Assembly: GCA_964534375.1 (NCBI GenBank)
Contig: CAZHPN010000034.1
Coordinates: forward strand, 17,160 to 41,003
Reading direction: 5' to 3'
DNA length: 23,844 nucleotides
Source: an uncultured bacterium
Lineage (GTDB): Bacteria > Lernaellota > Lernaellaia > Lernaellales > Lernaellaceae
In this document: positions 10,001 to 17,721 of the stretch, piece by piece
How positions within the stretch are numbered: position 1 is the stretch's first letter
How the letters are laid out: the number at the start of each line of letters is the position of its first letter
Position numbers and translations under genes: made by a program
The notes under the pieces: model-generated
Database searches by the model: none
Told to the model about the DNA's origin: nothing
What the model saw: only the letters and a program-made list of their open reading frames with translations

Positions 10001-10566
10001 GACCCGGCCATGAGCAAAAAGAACAAGTGCGAATAAATGCCCAGCACGGCGCAAATCAAAAAGGCGACGAAATCGCGATAGCGCCGGCCGCCGGTCAGGT
10101 AGGCGTACGCGTACCACATGCACGCGGCGGACAGCGCGATCAGCAGGCTGTAAACCCGCGCGGTGCGGGCGTAATACACGGCCATCGGATTCAGTGTCAG
10201 CAACAGCGCGGCGAGCAGGCCGCCGACCACGCCGGTCTCGGCCTGCACCAGCCAGAACGCGAAGACCGCGCCGAGGGCGCCAAAGATCACCGACGGCACG
10301 CGCAAAAATGCGAGCGACGTGTCGTTGAGGCGCTCCCAGAAATTGAGAACCAGGTAATAAACGGGCGACTGGTCCACCGGCAGATTCCAATGAACGAACG
10401 TCTCCGGCGCGATTGCGATGTCCTGCGCTTCGTTTAATTCCGGCTCGAAATAGGACAGGCCGGACCCCAGAAACGCGACGGCGCCCACGAAGACCGCAAT
10501 CGTCAGGATTCGCTGGCGGGTCAATTTCGTTTTGAGGTATGCGATCGACGGCGCAATCATCGGCAA
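7063..10566 (-). CDS. GT-C (PMT/ArnT-like) glycosyltransferase fused to a degenerate CapA-like domain and two C-terminal beta-sandwich repeats
   Basis: About 11 N-terminal TM helices with DQSPVYY, LRVPS, ARVYSL and YSHLF motifs. The central region ends in GADVVVG...EIEEYKNGLIAYSLG, as in CapA. The C-terminus has two AIxxHP repeats. The start could be 10566 (TTG) or 10560 (ATG). Confidence 0.78.
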   Translation of the reverse strand: MPMIAPSIAYLKTKLTRQRILTIAVFVGAVAFLGSGLSYFEPELNEAQDIAIAPETFVHWNLPVDQSPVYYLVLNFWERLNDTSLAFLRVPSVIFGALGAVFAFWLVQAETGVVGGLLAALLLTLNPMAVYYARTARVYSLLIALSAACMWYAYAYLTGGRRYRDFVAFLICAVLGIYSHLFFLLMAGSLALLLIADFVKNRRLIPELPRLLYAAAIAVAIVIIQLARVVYVIRFTQSRQSMYGGAPRTVWGFFKAIGLDFFLGFGAKPGYAVPFAIGMAVLVVAGMALLKRRGVLAGLAILVPSLAATWRLSADNPVSTRYIVYLVPVLTCLAAAALARFRTVFVWAPLAFAIAVQSVMAVHACYDKPSDWGDAVKYVEKVREPGDIVAVFPAFWGETFKRFYPRRDFVPFQSPDEFDRIVATGRRIVLVLYPGRYAGHLAAYLQARTRMIAHFETKERFTLRVSVLTAQPFTPVEIAGGDDPSLVLGGLVSSGSYPWAAPPRGENPFARIAGIFGSADLAVTGYEPYRTTWRDGIVEATTPPIAPFADAISPLAAAGVGAVVMAPARGVSDDPTAQLRQAGLAVVPRQLDCAKALPTILTVRGEQIAFVNIGQHVFTDRPHLREPGDALIADWERAVSTAKKAVGREGRLVVFFPVAPDFATLLDPQDQLLARRAVDLGADVVVGLGGRATREIEEYKNGLIAYSLGTLLRPPGRADAYRCSTGVLLRLRFPPGEKAAYQLIPVTFDCEFRVAPTRPEKFADLRYRAPGDPAAEHLLDRLLYAKASAVNGGRKIEFTDWSAGPPSETFSHGEKIAAFLDKLHDWYFDYSSADEYPQEGWYRKKTSVAADGVTSLGVFRRAIRLHPGPAKKASIVFEHVTLGDRVHLVYGLGDDAVTDRFKPYPAETLTVTADGEQLLKQKVDYVVGWKHVTIDTENFRNREVDLAFAVEEMQTGTSFPIGVDPIVERFPETVADLAARAYRFDEHLAEAKAAVVDGRGARRCFGPDETFRYLRGGKHSFEEYGPFGEGILHRRWVCGPDLWDAVALTRQKSRGEIRDAIWMHPPKGGKRVLTYGPLRLRSSLKGFFGVTDAAARYGSKRGPQPVDFVILVDGREVLKKSATMRPGWWDFNVDIPEDLRGQDKEISFVTSTANAGWRHFCFNGSME

Positions 10567-10624
10567 TGCTTCATCTCTCCCGGGGCGCGATGGTCTCCTG
10601 TGCGAGTATCACACCGGCGTCGCG

Positions 10625-10653
10625 TTGACAGTCGCGCCGAAAATCAATAGCGT
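10625..10653 (+). promoter_or_regulatory. Putative sigma70 promoter
   Basis: TTGACA (10625-10630), 17-bp spacer, TAGCGT (10648-10653). Confidence 0.55.
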
Positions 10654-10865
10654 TCCTGCGGTTCTTTTCCGCGTCCGTCGCCGGGGCGCCGGGCGAATGC
10701 GGAATCGATGACTAAACAGCCGGATTGCAATAGCTTTCCGCCGCCGTTTAATTACACTTTCGAACCATTAAAGGCAAATTCAGCATCCGCCATGCCGATC
10801 GCTCGCACCCCGACGCCCACGACGTTTGCGCCGCTGCCGCCTCGACCGCAGAAAGCAGGCCGGCG

Positions 10866-12488
10866 GTGAGCGTCGCCGCCTTCGGCCCGGACCGGCTGAC
10901 GAGCCGCACCGCGCTCGTTCTGCTCGCCGTTTGTCTCGCGCTGTCGCTCGCCCTGTGCGGGGCCGTGCTCGCCCGCGATTATTTCATCGGCACCGACGGC
11001 TCGCTCTACGCGGTCGTCGGCGACAACCTGCTCGCCGGCCGCGGCTACCAGATCGCCGGCTTGCCGCACACGCTGTTTCCGCCCGGATTTCCCATCGCCA
11101 TCGGCCTGCTGCGTCGCGCCGTTCCCGATCTGGAACTCGCCGGTCATTTGGTCAGTTTGCTGGCGTTCGCCGCGGCGGCGTGTTTCGCGTTCCTGACGAT
11201 TCGCCGGCTGACCTCGCGCGGCGACCTGGCGCTGCTGGCCGCCGCACTGTTTTTATTCACGGGTTTTGCGGTTTCGTACGCCGGGCAGGTGATGGCCGAA
11301 TCGCTCTTCGCGGCGCTGGCGCAGGCGCTGTTTTACGCGGCGCTGCGCGCGGCCGGCGACGACGCGCCGCGGCGGCGCTGGATCTGGCCGGCGGCGATCG
11401 GCGCGCTCGGCGGCTATCTGTATCTGACCAAGCCCGAGGGTCTGCTCTATTTCGGCGCCGTCCTGGCGGCGCTGGTTCTCTGGCGGCGCGACGCCTGGCG
11501 GACACGGCTGATCGCCGCGGCGGTCGCGGCGCTGGTTTTTCTGGCGGTCGCGGCGCCGTGGGTGGCGTTCCTTTCGCGCCAGACGGGCCGGCTGACCTGG
11601 ACAGGCAAGCTGATCAACCGCCAGGTCGGCGTCGAGCGCGCGGTCAACGAAACGTTCGGCGTGTTTTACCAGCCGACGCCCGCGGGCGACGCCGTCTATT
11701 TTGAAAAGCCGCAGCTTTACCGCGCGGACACGCCGTGGATGAGCAACCTCGGCCTGTACCCGCGGTATCTGCTCCAGCAGTTGAAAGACCTGCGCAACTT
11801 GCTCGGCAACATCGGCATTTTCTTCCTGCTGGCGGGTGCGGGTTACTGCTTTTGGCGCACCGGCCGGCGCGCGCTGGTCTGGCTGCTCGTCGCCGGGCCG
11901 CCGTTCGCCTTGCCGCTTTTCTTCCCGGACAAACGCTTTTGGCTGCCGCTCTTGCCGGCGAGCTACTTTTTCATCGCCGCCGGCGTCCTGGCGCTGGCGC
12001 ACACGGCCGATCGCCTGACCCGCGACAGCGGCGTCCGCCGGATCGCCGCGCCCCTCGCGCTCGCGCTCGTCGTGATCAACGCCGCGGCGGTGAACGCCGA
12101 ATCGATCCGCAAGGTCATGCGCGTCGACGACTCGGTGCATCATCGGCTGCAAATTCGCGAAATCGCCGCCGATTTCCGGGCCCAACACCCCGAGGCCGTC
12201 GGCCGCTCGCTGCTCGCCTCGCGCGCCTGGTTCGCTTTTTATGCCGGCTGCGCGCCGCGGCACATGGCGTATTTCGCCGACCCGAAGGATCTCTGCGCGT
12301 ACATGGCCCGCAACAACATCCCGTACGTGCTGCTCGACGAACATCAATTTGGAGAAATCGCCCGTCATTACCGGGCTTTGATCGATCATCCGGAGATATG
12401 CGGCTTGCGCTTGCTAATGAATTCCGCGGGTTTGCTAGTGCTCGGCCCGGAGGCCCCCGCGGCGCCGAAAACGGCGACCGGGTCGTGA
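10866..12488 (+). CDS. ArnT/PMT_2-like GT-C membrane glycosyltransferase
   Basis: First-loop TDGSLY...A..L..GRGY...FPPGFP, plus MAESLF, LTKPEG and DKRFWLPLLP motifs. About 12 TM segments and a soluble C-terminal domain. Confidence 0.8.
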   Translation: MSVAAFGPDRLTSRTALVLLAVCLALSLALCGAVLARDYFIGTDGSLYAVVGDNLLAGRGYQIAGLPHTLFPPGFPIAIGLLRRAVPDLELAGHLVSLLAFAAAACFAFLTIRRLTSRGDLALLAAALFLFTGFAVSYAGQVMAESLFAALAQALFYAALRAAGDDAPRRRWIWPAAIGALGGYLYLTKPEGLLYFGAVLAALVLWRRDAWRTRLIAAAVAALVFLAVAAPWVAFLSRQTGRLTWTGKLINRQVGVERAVNETFGVFYQPTPAGDAVYFEKPQLYRADTPWMSNLGLYPRYLLQQLKDLRNLLGNIGIFFLLAGAGYCFWRTGRRALVWLLVAGPPFALPLFFPDKRFWLPLLPASYFFIAAGVLALAHTADRLTRDSGVRRIAAPLALALVVINAAAVNAESIRKVMRVDDSVHHRLQIREIAADFRAQHPEAVGRSLLASRAWFAFYAGCAPRHMAYFADPKDLCAYMARNNIPYVLLDEHQFGEIARHYRALIDHPEICGLRLLMNSAGLLVLGPEAPAAPKTATGS

Positions 12489-12492
12489 GAAG

Positions 12493-13848
12493 CTACATCA
12501 CCAGCCGGATGTCGCGCTTGATGCGCTCCTTGCCGAGCACGCCGATGACGGCGTCGTCGTAGCCGGTGGCGGCGATCTTCTTGGCGTCTTCCTCGATGTG
12601 AATCATTGAGGTTTCGATGCCGTAGGAACCGAAGATTTTCTTCAGGGCCGGGTAGTTCTCTTCCAGCGATTGCTTGACCGAGAGGAACCCGCGCTCGGCG
12701 GCCTTGGCGCGCTGCCAGAAGGCGATCGGGTTCATTTCGAAGAACTGCACGTCGTTGATGTCCGGCTCGATCAGAATGATGTCGCCCATGAACCGCGGGT
12801 CCTGCGCGTAGGCGCGCAACGACTGATGCAGCCGGTGATGCAGCAGCATGCGGAACACCTGGTTGATCACGGCGATCAGGCCCGAGGCCGCCAGATAGGG
12901 CTTGTCGACGATGTACTGGTCGATCTCTTTGTACCAGTGCACCATCTGCCGGTTTTCCAGCGGGCGGAACGGGTTGTAGCAGATGATCAGGCCGGCGCCG
13001 TGCTCGACCGCGACGTCGATGTTGGCCGTTTCCGCCACGGCGCCGTCGACATAATCGACGCCTTTGATCCGCGCGGGCTTGTAGAAGCCCGGCAGGGCGG
13101 TCGACGCCTGGATCGCCTGGCTGATCGTCAACTCGTTGTTTTCGTCGTGGCCGAACACGACGCGCTCGCCCGTGTCGAGCTTGGTGGCCGTGATGTACAG
13201 CTCTTTGCGCTGCCGATTGTAGAGGTCGGTAAAATCGTTCTTGATGTGGTTGCCTTCGAGGTTGTGCCGGATGTACGCCTCGAGGCGGTTGTTGTCGAAG
13301 ATGCCCGACGGGATGTAATCGAGAAACCGCGGCAGCGCCTTGCTGGCCGCGGACACCCGCACCAGGATCTGAATGACGGTGTCCAGGTTCTTGTAGCTGG
13401 GCGAGAACACGAGGTTGCCGAGCCGCGTGAGGAATTTCCGGTCGGACGCCAGGAGCAGCGAGAGGAAATTGATGGCGAACCGGGGCGCCGTCGTCATCAG
13501 GTCGAAGGCCAATTGCATGGGCTTCTGGATGAATTCGGCGATGTTCGGGTTGTAGAAATCAAACGGCTTGAGTTGCGCGAGCCGGTCGGACTTGCCGTCC
13601 ATGCTCTTGAGCAGTTCCTCGGGGCTGATGCCCGTGCAAAGCGGGCAGGCGATCAGGGCGCCGGCCGACAAACCCACGTAAATGTCGAACTCGTTGATGT
13701 CGCGGTTGATCAGCAGATCGGAAAGGGCCTTGAGGCCGCCCAGCTTGTAAGCGCCGCCGCTCACCGCTCCGCCGGCCAGCACGAGCCCGAGCTTCGCATT
13801 CTTTTTTCGGACGTTCAGATCGCTCTTCTGGACAATCGTAATGCCCAT
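12493..13848 (-). CDS. Patatin-like phospholipase family protein
   Basis: Gly-rich LVLAGGAVSGG, nucleophile motif GLSAG, ASTALPG and the catalytic YVDGA. GGGAG RBS upstream. Confidence 0.92.
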   Translation of the reverse strand: MGITIVQKSDLNVRKKNAKLGLVLAGGAVSGGAYKLGGLKALSDLLINRDINEFDIYVGLSAGALIACPLCTGISPEELLKSMDGKSDRLAQLKPFDFYNPNIAEFIQKPMQLAFDLMTTAPRFAINFLSLLLASDRKFLTRLGNLVFSPSYKNLDTVIQILVRVSAASKALPRFLDYIPSGIFDNNRLEAYIRHNLEGNHIKNDFTDLYNRQRKELYITATKLDTGERVVFGHDENNELTISQAIQASTALPGFYKPARIKGVDYVDGAVAETANIDVAVEHGAGLIICYNPFRPLENRQMVHWYKEIDQYIVDKPYLAASGLIAVINQVFRMLLHHRLHQSLRAYAQDPRFMGDIILIEPDINDVQFFEMNPIAFWQRAKAAERGFLSVKQSLEENYPALKKIFGSYGIETSMIHIEEDAKKIAATGYDDAVIGVLGKERIKRDIRLVM

Positions 13849-14000
13849 TCACGTCTCCCGTCGATCGCTTGGTTTCGCTCTTGTTTTCACTCGCGGCGTC
13901 CCGTCGACTTTTCGCGTTGGCGCACCGGTTACTTTTGCGAAATAACCGTGTCGGCTCCCGTCCGCCCGTCGCGGAGTCGTGGAGCCGACCGCTGAAAGTT

Positions 14001-14030
14001 AGTTTACGGATTTTCGACGCGGCATGTCAA
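14001..14030 (-). promoter_or_regulatory. Putative sigma70 promoter for the patatin gene
   Basis: Minus-strand TTGACA (14030-14025), 18-bp spacer, TAAACT (14006-14001). Confidence 0.45.
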
Positions 14031-14065
14031 ACAAATTAGTTCGGGCATCGGGAGGCCGTTCTCCC

Positions 14066-14094
14066 TTGACGGGCCGCCGCCGGCGACCGATAAT
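14066..14094 (+). promoter_or_regulatory. Putative sigma70 promoter for the pseudokinase gene (divergent)
   Basis: TTGACG (14066-14071), 17-bp spacer, GATAAT (14089-14094). Confidence 0.5.
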
Positions 14095-14201
14095 CTCTCC
14101 AAGGGCGATTTCCCGCGTTTCTTTATGTTGCCGAGGGTCGGCCAGTTGAGGATGGACTACAATCGACCTGCTGATCGCAGGACAACACGAGGCCGAGTTA
14201 C

Positions 14202-16220
14202 TTGAAAGACATATTCTCCGACGATCTGTTGAACTCAATCGACGGCGCCATCGACCAAACCCTCACCGTCCGCACGCACGTCGTTGGCGACGTGATCGGT
14301 TCGCGCTTCCAAGTCGAGCGCATCGTCGGACGCGGCAACTTCGGTTACGTCTATCGGGTCAAGGAATTGGCCACCGCCAAGACCCGCGCCGTGAAGATTT
14401 TCTACGAACGTTTCACCCGGCGGCCGGGCGCCGCAGCGCGCCTGCGCGAGCACGGCGAGAAGCTGTCGCGCAACGCGCATGCGAACATGGTGCGCGTTTA
14501 TGAAGTCGCCGAGGACGCCGGCCAATTGTTTTTCGTCGAGGAATTCGTTAGTGCGCTGACGCTCGACAAGCTCGTCGCGGCAGTCCGCAACCACGCGGCC
14601 GAGACCGGTTTCCCGCCGGACCAGATGTCCGACCTGATGCGCCAGGTTTGCGGCTTGCTGCGCGAGCGACCGGACCTCCCGCATTTCGGGCTGCATCCGC
14701 AAAACATTTTTATGAGCAAACAGGGCGTCAAGGTCGCCGATCTGGGCATCGCCGGCGCCTTGCGGCCGTCGCTGACCGAAAAAGACTTTGCGGTCATGTC
14801 CGGCCAGCGTTTCTGGGCGCCGGAGTTCCGCAAGAACGGCGCGATGACCGCCGCCGCCGACGTCTATTCGCTGGGCCGGCTGCTGCAATACATCCTGACG
14901 CTGGGCGAATTCGGTTCGCCGGGCGAACCGGCGACCGTGCGCGGCCCCCATCCGCGCCGCTTGCTCGACCTGGCTCGCAGCGCCGCCGACGCCGATCCCG
15001 ATCTGCGTCCCTCGTCGGCCGACGCGTTTTACGCGTCGTTCGAAATGGCCTGGCGGCCTGAGCCCGCGGAGGCTGCGGCGCCCGCTGCCGCCCCGGAAGA
15101 GCTCACGGAAGAAGATCGGCTCGCCGCCGCCGCGGAAATGGCGATGGACGCGGTCAGCGAACGCGCCATCCATCAAGTTGCGGAAGCCGGCGCCGAACGC
15201 CCGGCGGCCGCCGAGGCCGATGGCGGTCTGCTGCCGGTCGAGAAAGATTTCTTCGGCGCGACGCCGGCCGCCGCGCCTGCCGCGGCAGCGAAAAAACCCG
15301 CGGCGCCCGCACGCGTCGAGGCGGCGAAGGCGCCGCGGCCCAACTACATCGCCTGGATCGCCGCCGCGGTCGTCGTGCTGGCGCTCGGCGGGGTTTATTT
15401 ATGGCGCGCCAACGTCGCGACGCCCACGCTGCCGGTTCCGCCTCCGGCGCCGGTCGCGCCCGCCCCGGCCCCCGCGCCCGCCGACGCGAACGCCTTCAAG
15501 CTCGACAGCGTCAACATCATGCCCGAGCGCGGCGGTCCGACGTTCCAGGAAACGCTGGAAGCGATGCTGACGCAGGCCGACACCTACTTTAAAGAGAACC
15601 ACATCACCGATCCGCCGGAGGAATCGGCGTACGGCATCTATACGCTGGTCCTCGACCTGGATCCGAAGAACGTGGCGGCGTTAGGTGGCCTGAAGAAGAT
15701 CGAAAACCATTACCTCACGCTCGGCCGCGGCTTGTTGAAGAACAAGAAATACGACAAGGCGGAATGGAGCTTCCGCAAGACGCTGTTCATCAACGCCGAC
15801 AACGCCGAGGCCAAACGCGGACTCGCGGAAGTCGAAAAATTCGAAAAGAAGCACCCGGAATTGACGCAGGTCGCCAAGACCGGCAACACGAATCCGGCAG
15901 TTGTGCCGCCGACCGGGACCGAGCCGCCGCCCGCGGCGCCGCTCAAGCACGTCACCGCCGACGACATCAAGACCACGATCAACAGCTACATGGGCCGGGT
16001 CAAATTCTGCTTTGCGAAAAACCCGGACTCGAAGGGCGTCGTGACGGTCCGGTTCAAGATTAATCCGGACGGCTCGGTGTCCGACGCCGCCGTGGCGGAA
16101 TCGTCCATCGGCAACGCGGAAATCGAACAGTGCCTGATGCGCCGCGTGTCGCTCATGCGGTTCCAGCCGTTCGAGGGCGCGGCCAAGACCATTACGTTGC
16201 CCTTCCGCTTCAATGAGTAG
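14202..16220 (+). CDS. Membrane-anchored Ser/Thr kinase-like (pseudokinase) protein with periplasmic TPR and AgmX/PglI-type TonB_C domain
   Basis: Kinase motifs GRGNFG, AVKIF, ADLG, WAPE and DVYSLG are present, but the catalytic loop reads HFGLHPQN. A single TM (YIAWIAAAVVVLALGGVYLW), Pro/Ala linkers and a TPR follow. The C-terminus VKFCF...GVVTVRFKINPDGSV...EQCL...F..F...TITLPFRF is TonB_C-like. TTG is the first in-frame start after an upstream TGA. Confidence 0.82.
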   Translation: MKDIFSDDLLNSIDGAIDQTLTVRTHVVGDVIGSRFQVERIVGRGNFGYVYRVKELATAKTRAVKIFYERFTRRPGAAARLREHGEKLSRNAHANMVRVYEVAEDAGQLFFVEEFVSALTLDKLVAAVRNHAAETGFPPDQMSDLMRQVCGLLRERPDLPHFGLHPQNIFMSKQGVKVADLGIAGALRPSLTEKDFAVMSGQRFWAPEFRKNGAMTAAADVYSLGRLLQYILTLGEFGSPGEPATVRGPHPRRLLDLARSAADADPDLRPSSADAFYASFEMAWRPEPAEAAAPAAAPEELTEEDRLAAAAEMAMDAVSERAIHQVAEAGAERPAAAEADGGLLPVEKDFFGATPAAAPAAAAKKPAAPARVEAAKAPRPNYIAWIAAAVVVLALGGVYLWRANVATPTLPVPPPAPVAPAPAPAPADANAFKLDSVNIMPERGGPTFQETLEAMLTQADTYFKENHITDPPEESAYGIYTLVLDLDPKNVAALGGLKKIENHYLTLGRGLLKNKKYDKAEWSFRKTLFINADNAEAKRGLAEVEKFEKKHPELTQVAKTGNTNPAVVPPTGTEPPPAAPLKHVTADDIKTTINSYMGRVKFCFAKNPDSKGVVTVRFKINPDGSVSDAAVAESSIGNAEIEQCLMRRVSLMRFQPFEGAAKTITLPFRFNE

Positions 16221-16322
16221 TTCAGTTTGAATTCGTGACGATTGACGTAACTCGCGAACGGTTTCGCCCGCGCTCGCCATGAAAACATGTCCCGCTGCAA
16301 TGCCGGATTGCGCCGTTGCCGC

Positions 16323-16510
16323 CCACGGCGAACACGGCGGAAGCTCACGCGGAGCGCGCGGGGTCGCGGAGAGCGGCGGCAAGGGATTCGCGAAATTTCA
16401 GGCGGACAACGCAGATTTACGCAGATGCACACGGGTCGCGGATGGCCCTCGATAAGGCGACACGTCATGGCCCGTGCCCCGTATCTGGGGCCATCTGCGT
16501 TCGTCTGTGG
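16323..16510. repeat. Cluster of degenerate REP-like repeats forming a long imperfect hairpin
   Basis: ACGCAGAT-TT-ACGCAGATG (16409-16427) is inverted against CATCTGCGT-TCGTCTGTGG (16492-16510), with an inner CACGGG/CCCGTG pair. Upstream are the short tandem units CACGGCG-AA-CACGGCG and CGCGGAG..CGCGGGG..CGCGGAG. Confidence 0.5.
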
Positions 16511-16608
16511 CAAAAAACCTCCGGTTGCGACCGCGGGGCTTGCGCAACCGGCCTGTCGTTCGGCATTCTGGCCGCGAAACGGGCCGCGGGAGGCGCCAGC
16601 CGGACGAA

Positions 16609-17721
16609 ATGATCGACACGATTCGCCGCCAGCCGGTTCGCCGTCGCCATTTTGTGGCGTGGGCGGGCGTCGGCTGGGCGTCGTTGCTGCTGGGCGCGGC
16701 GCTGCTGGCCGGGTGCGCGTCGGCCGGCGTGGGCGCGCGGCTCACGATGCCGACGACGACGATCGTCGGCGATCCGAACGGCATCCGCGGCGACGTGTAC
16801 GACGTCTACGAACTCTTCGATCGGGCCGACAAGGCCTTCGCGCACGCCAATTGGCCCGCCGCGATTCGCTTCTACAGCAAGATCCTTGAGGAATACGGCG
16901 ACAGCGACGTGGCGCCGCTGGCCCGCTACAACCTCGGGCTGACGTTCGAAAACACGGGGCAGTGGGAGCAGGCGCTGGCGGCCTACCAAGGGTTTGCGCT
17001 GCCGCCCGGCCAGGGCGTGCGGACCGAAGAGGTGCGGCTGCGGCGCGGCATCTGCCTGCAACGCCTCGGCCGGCTGCCGGAAGCGAAGGCGGAATTCGCC
17101 AAGATTTTGGACCAATTGGGCGTGCCGCCGCTGGAGTTCAACGAGGCGCGGATGCGGCTGGGCATCGTCCTGTTCTATTTGGGCGACGCCATCTTCGCCG
17201 AGCACTATCTCGGCCAGTCGCTACCGGAGTACCAGCGCAACGCGAAGCGCGGCGTGATTTACGCCCGCGCCGCCTACGCCGAGGCCTGCTTTGTCATGGG
17301 CGAAATCCGCTTCCGGCGCTTCGAGTCGATCGCGCTGGCCGGCGAAGCGAGCGCCCTGGCGATGGCCCTGCAGGAAAAGGCCGAGGCGCTGCTCGAAGCC
17401 CGCGAATTTTACACCAACGCGGTGCGGACTTACGAGCCGACCTGGGTGACGGCCTCGCTGTACAAAGTCGGCCTCGGGTTCGAGTTGTTTTTCCGCGCCG
17501 TGCTGGCCGTGCCCTACCCGGCCGATTTGGCCGCCGGCGACCGGCCGGCCTACCGGCGGGAGGTGATTGAGAAAGTCCGCCCGTTGCTGGAAAATGCGCT
17601 GATCGCGTATCGGCGGAACCTGGAGATCGCGGCCGACTTGCACGTGGAAAACGAATGGATTCAAATGACGCGCGCTCATTACGAGCAGGCGAGCCGCATC
17701 ACGCAGGAGGAACCTCAATGA
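16609..17721 (+). CDS. TPR-repeat lipoprotein with BamD-like N-terminal TPRs and a GltD/AgmU-like C-terminus
   Basis: Likely start ATG 16609. Lipobox LLAGC. TPR motifs (AIRFYSKILEEYGDSDVAPLARYNLG). C-terminus WVTASLYKVG..F..F...P.P..L.....Y......PL...A...Y...L..A......NEW. Confidence 0.78.
   Translation: MIDTIRRQPVRRRHFVAWAGVGWASLLLGAALLAGCASAGVGARLTMPTTTIVGDPNGIRGDVYDVYELFDRADKAFAHANWPAAIRFYSKILEEYGDSDVAPLARYNLGLTFENTGQWEQALAAYQGFALPPGQGVRTEEVRLRRGICLQRLGRLPEAKAEFAKILDQLGVPPLEFNEARMRLGIVLFYLGDAIFAEHYLGQSLPEYQRNAKRGVIYARAAYAEACFVMGEIRFRRFESIALAGEASALAMALQEKAEALLEAREFYTNAVRTYEPTWVTASLYKVGLGFELFFRAVLAVPYPADLAAGDRPAYRREVIEKVRPLLENALIAYRRNLEIAADLHVENEWIQMTRAHYEQASRITQEEPQ

Noticed and set aside
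10769..10800. AAAGGCAAA resembling the start of a c-di-GMP-I riboswitch
   Set aside because: It lacks the following GAAA-capped stem and the GACGCAAAG motif.
6886..13995. Large antisense ORFs 6886-8223, 8236-10437, 11253-12389 and 12670-13995
   Set aside because: They mirror real genes on the opposite strand. GC3 bias suppresses stop codons there.
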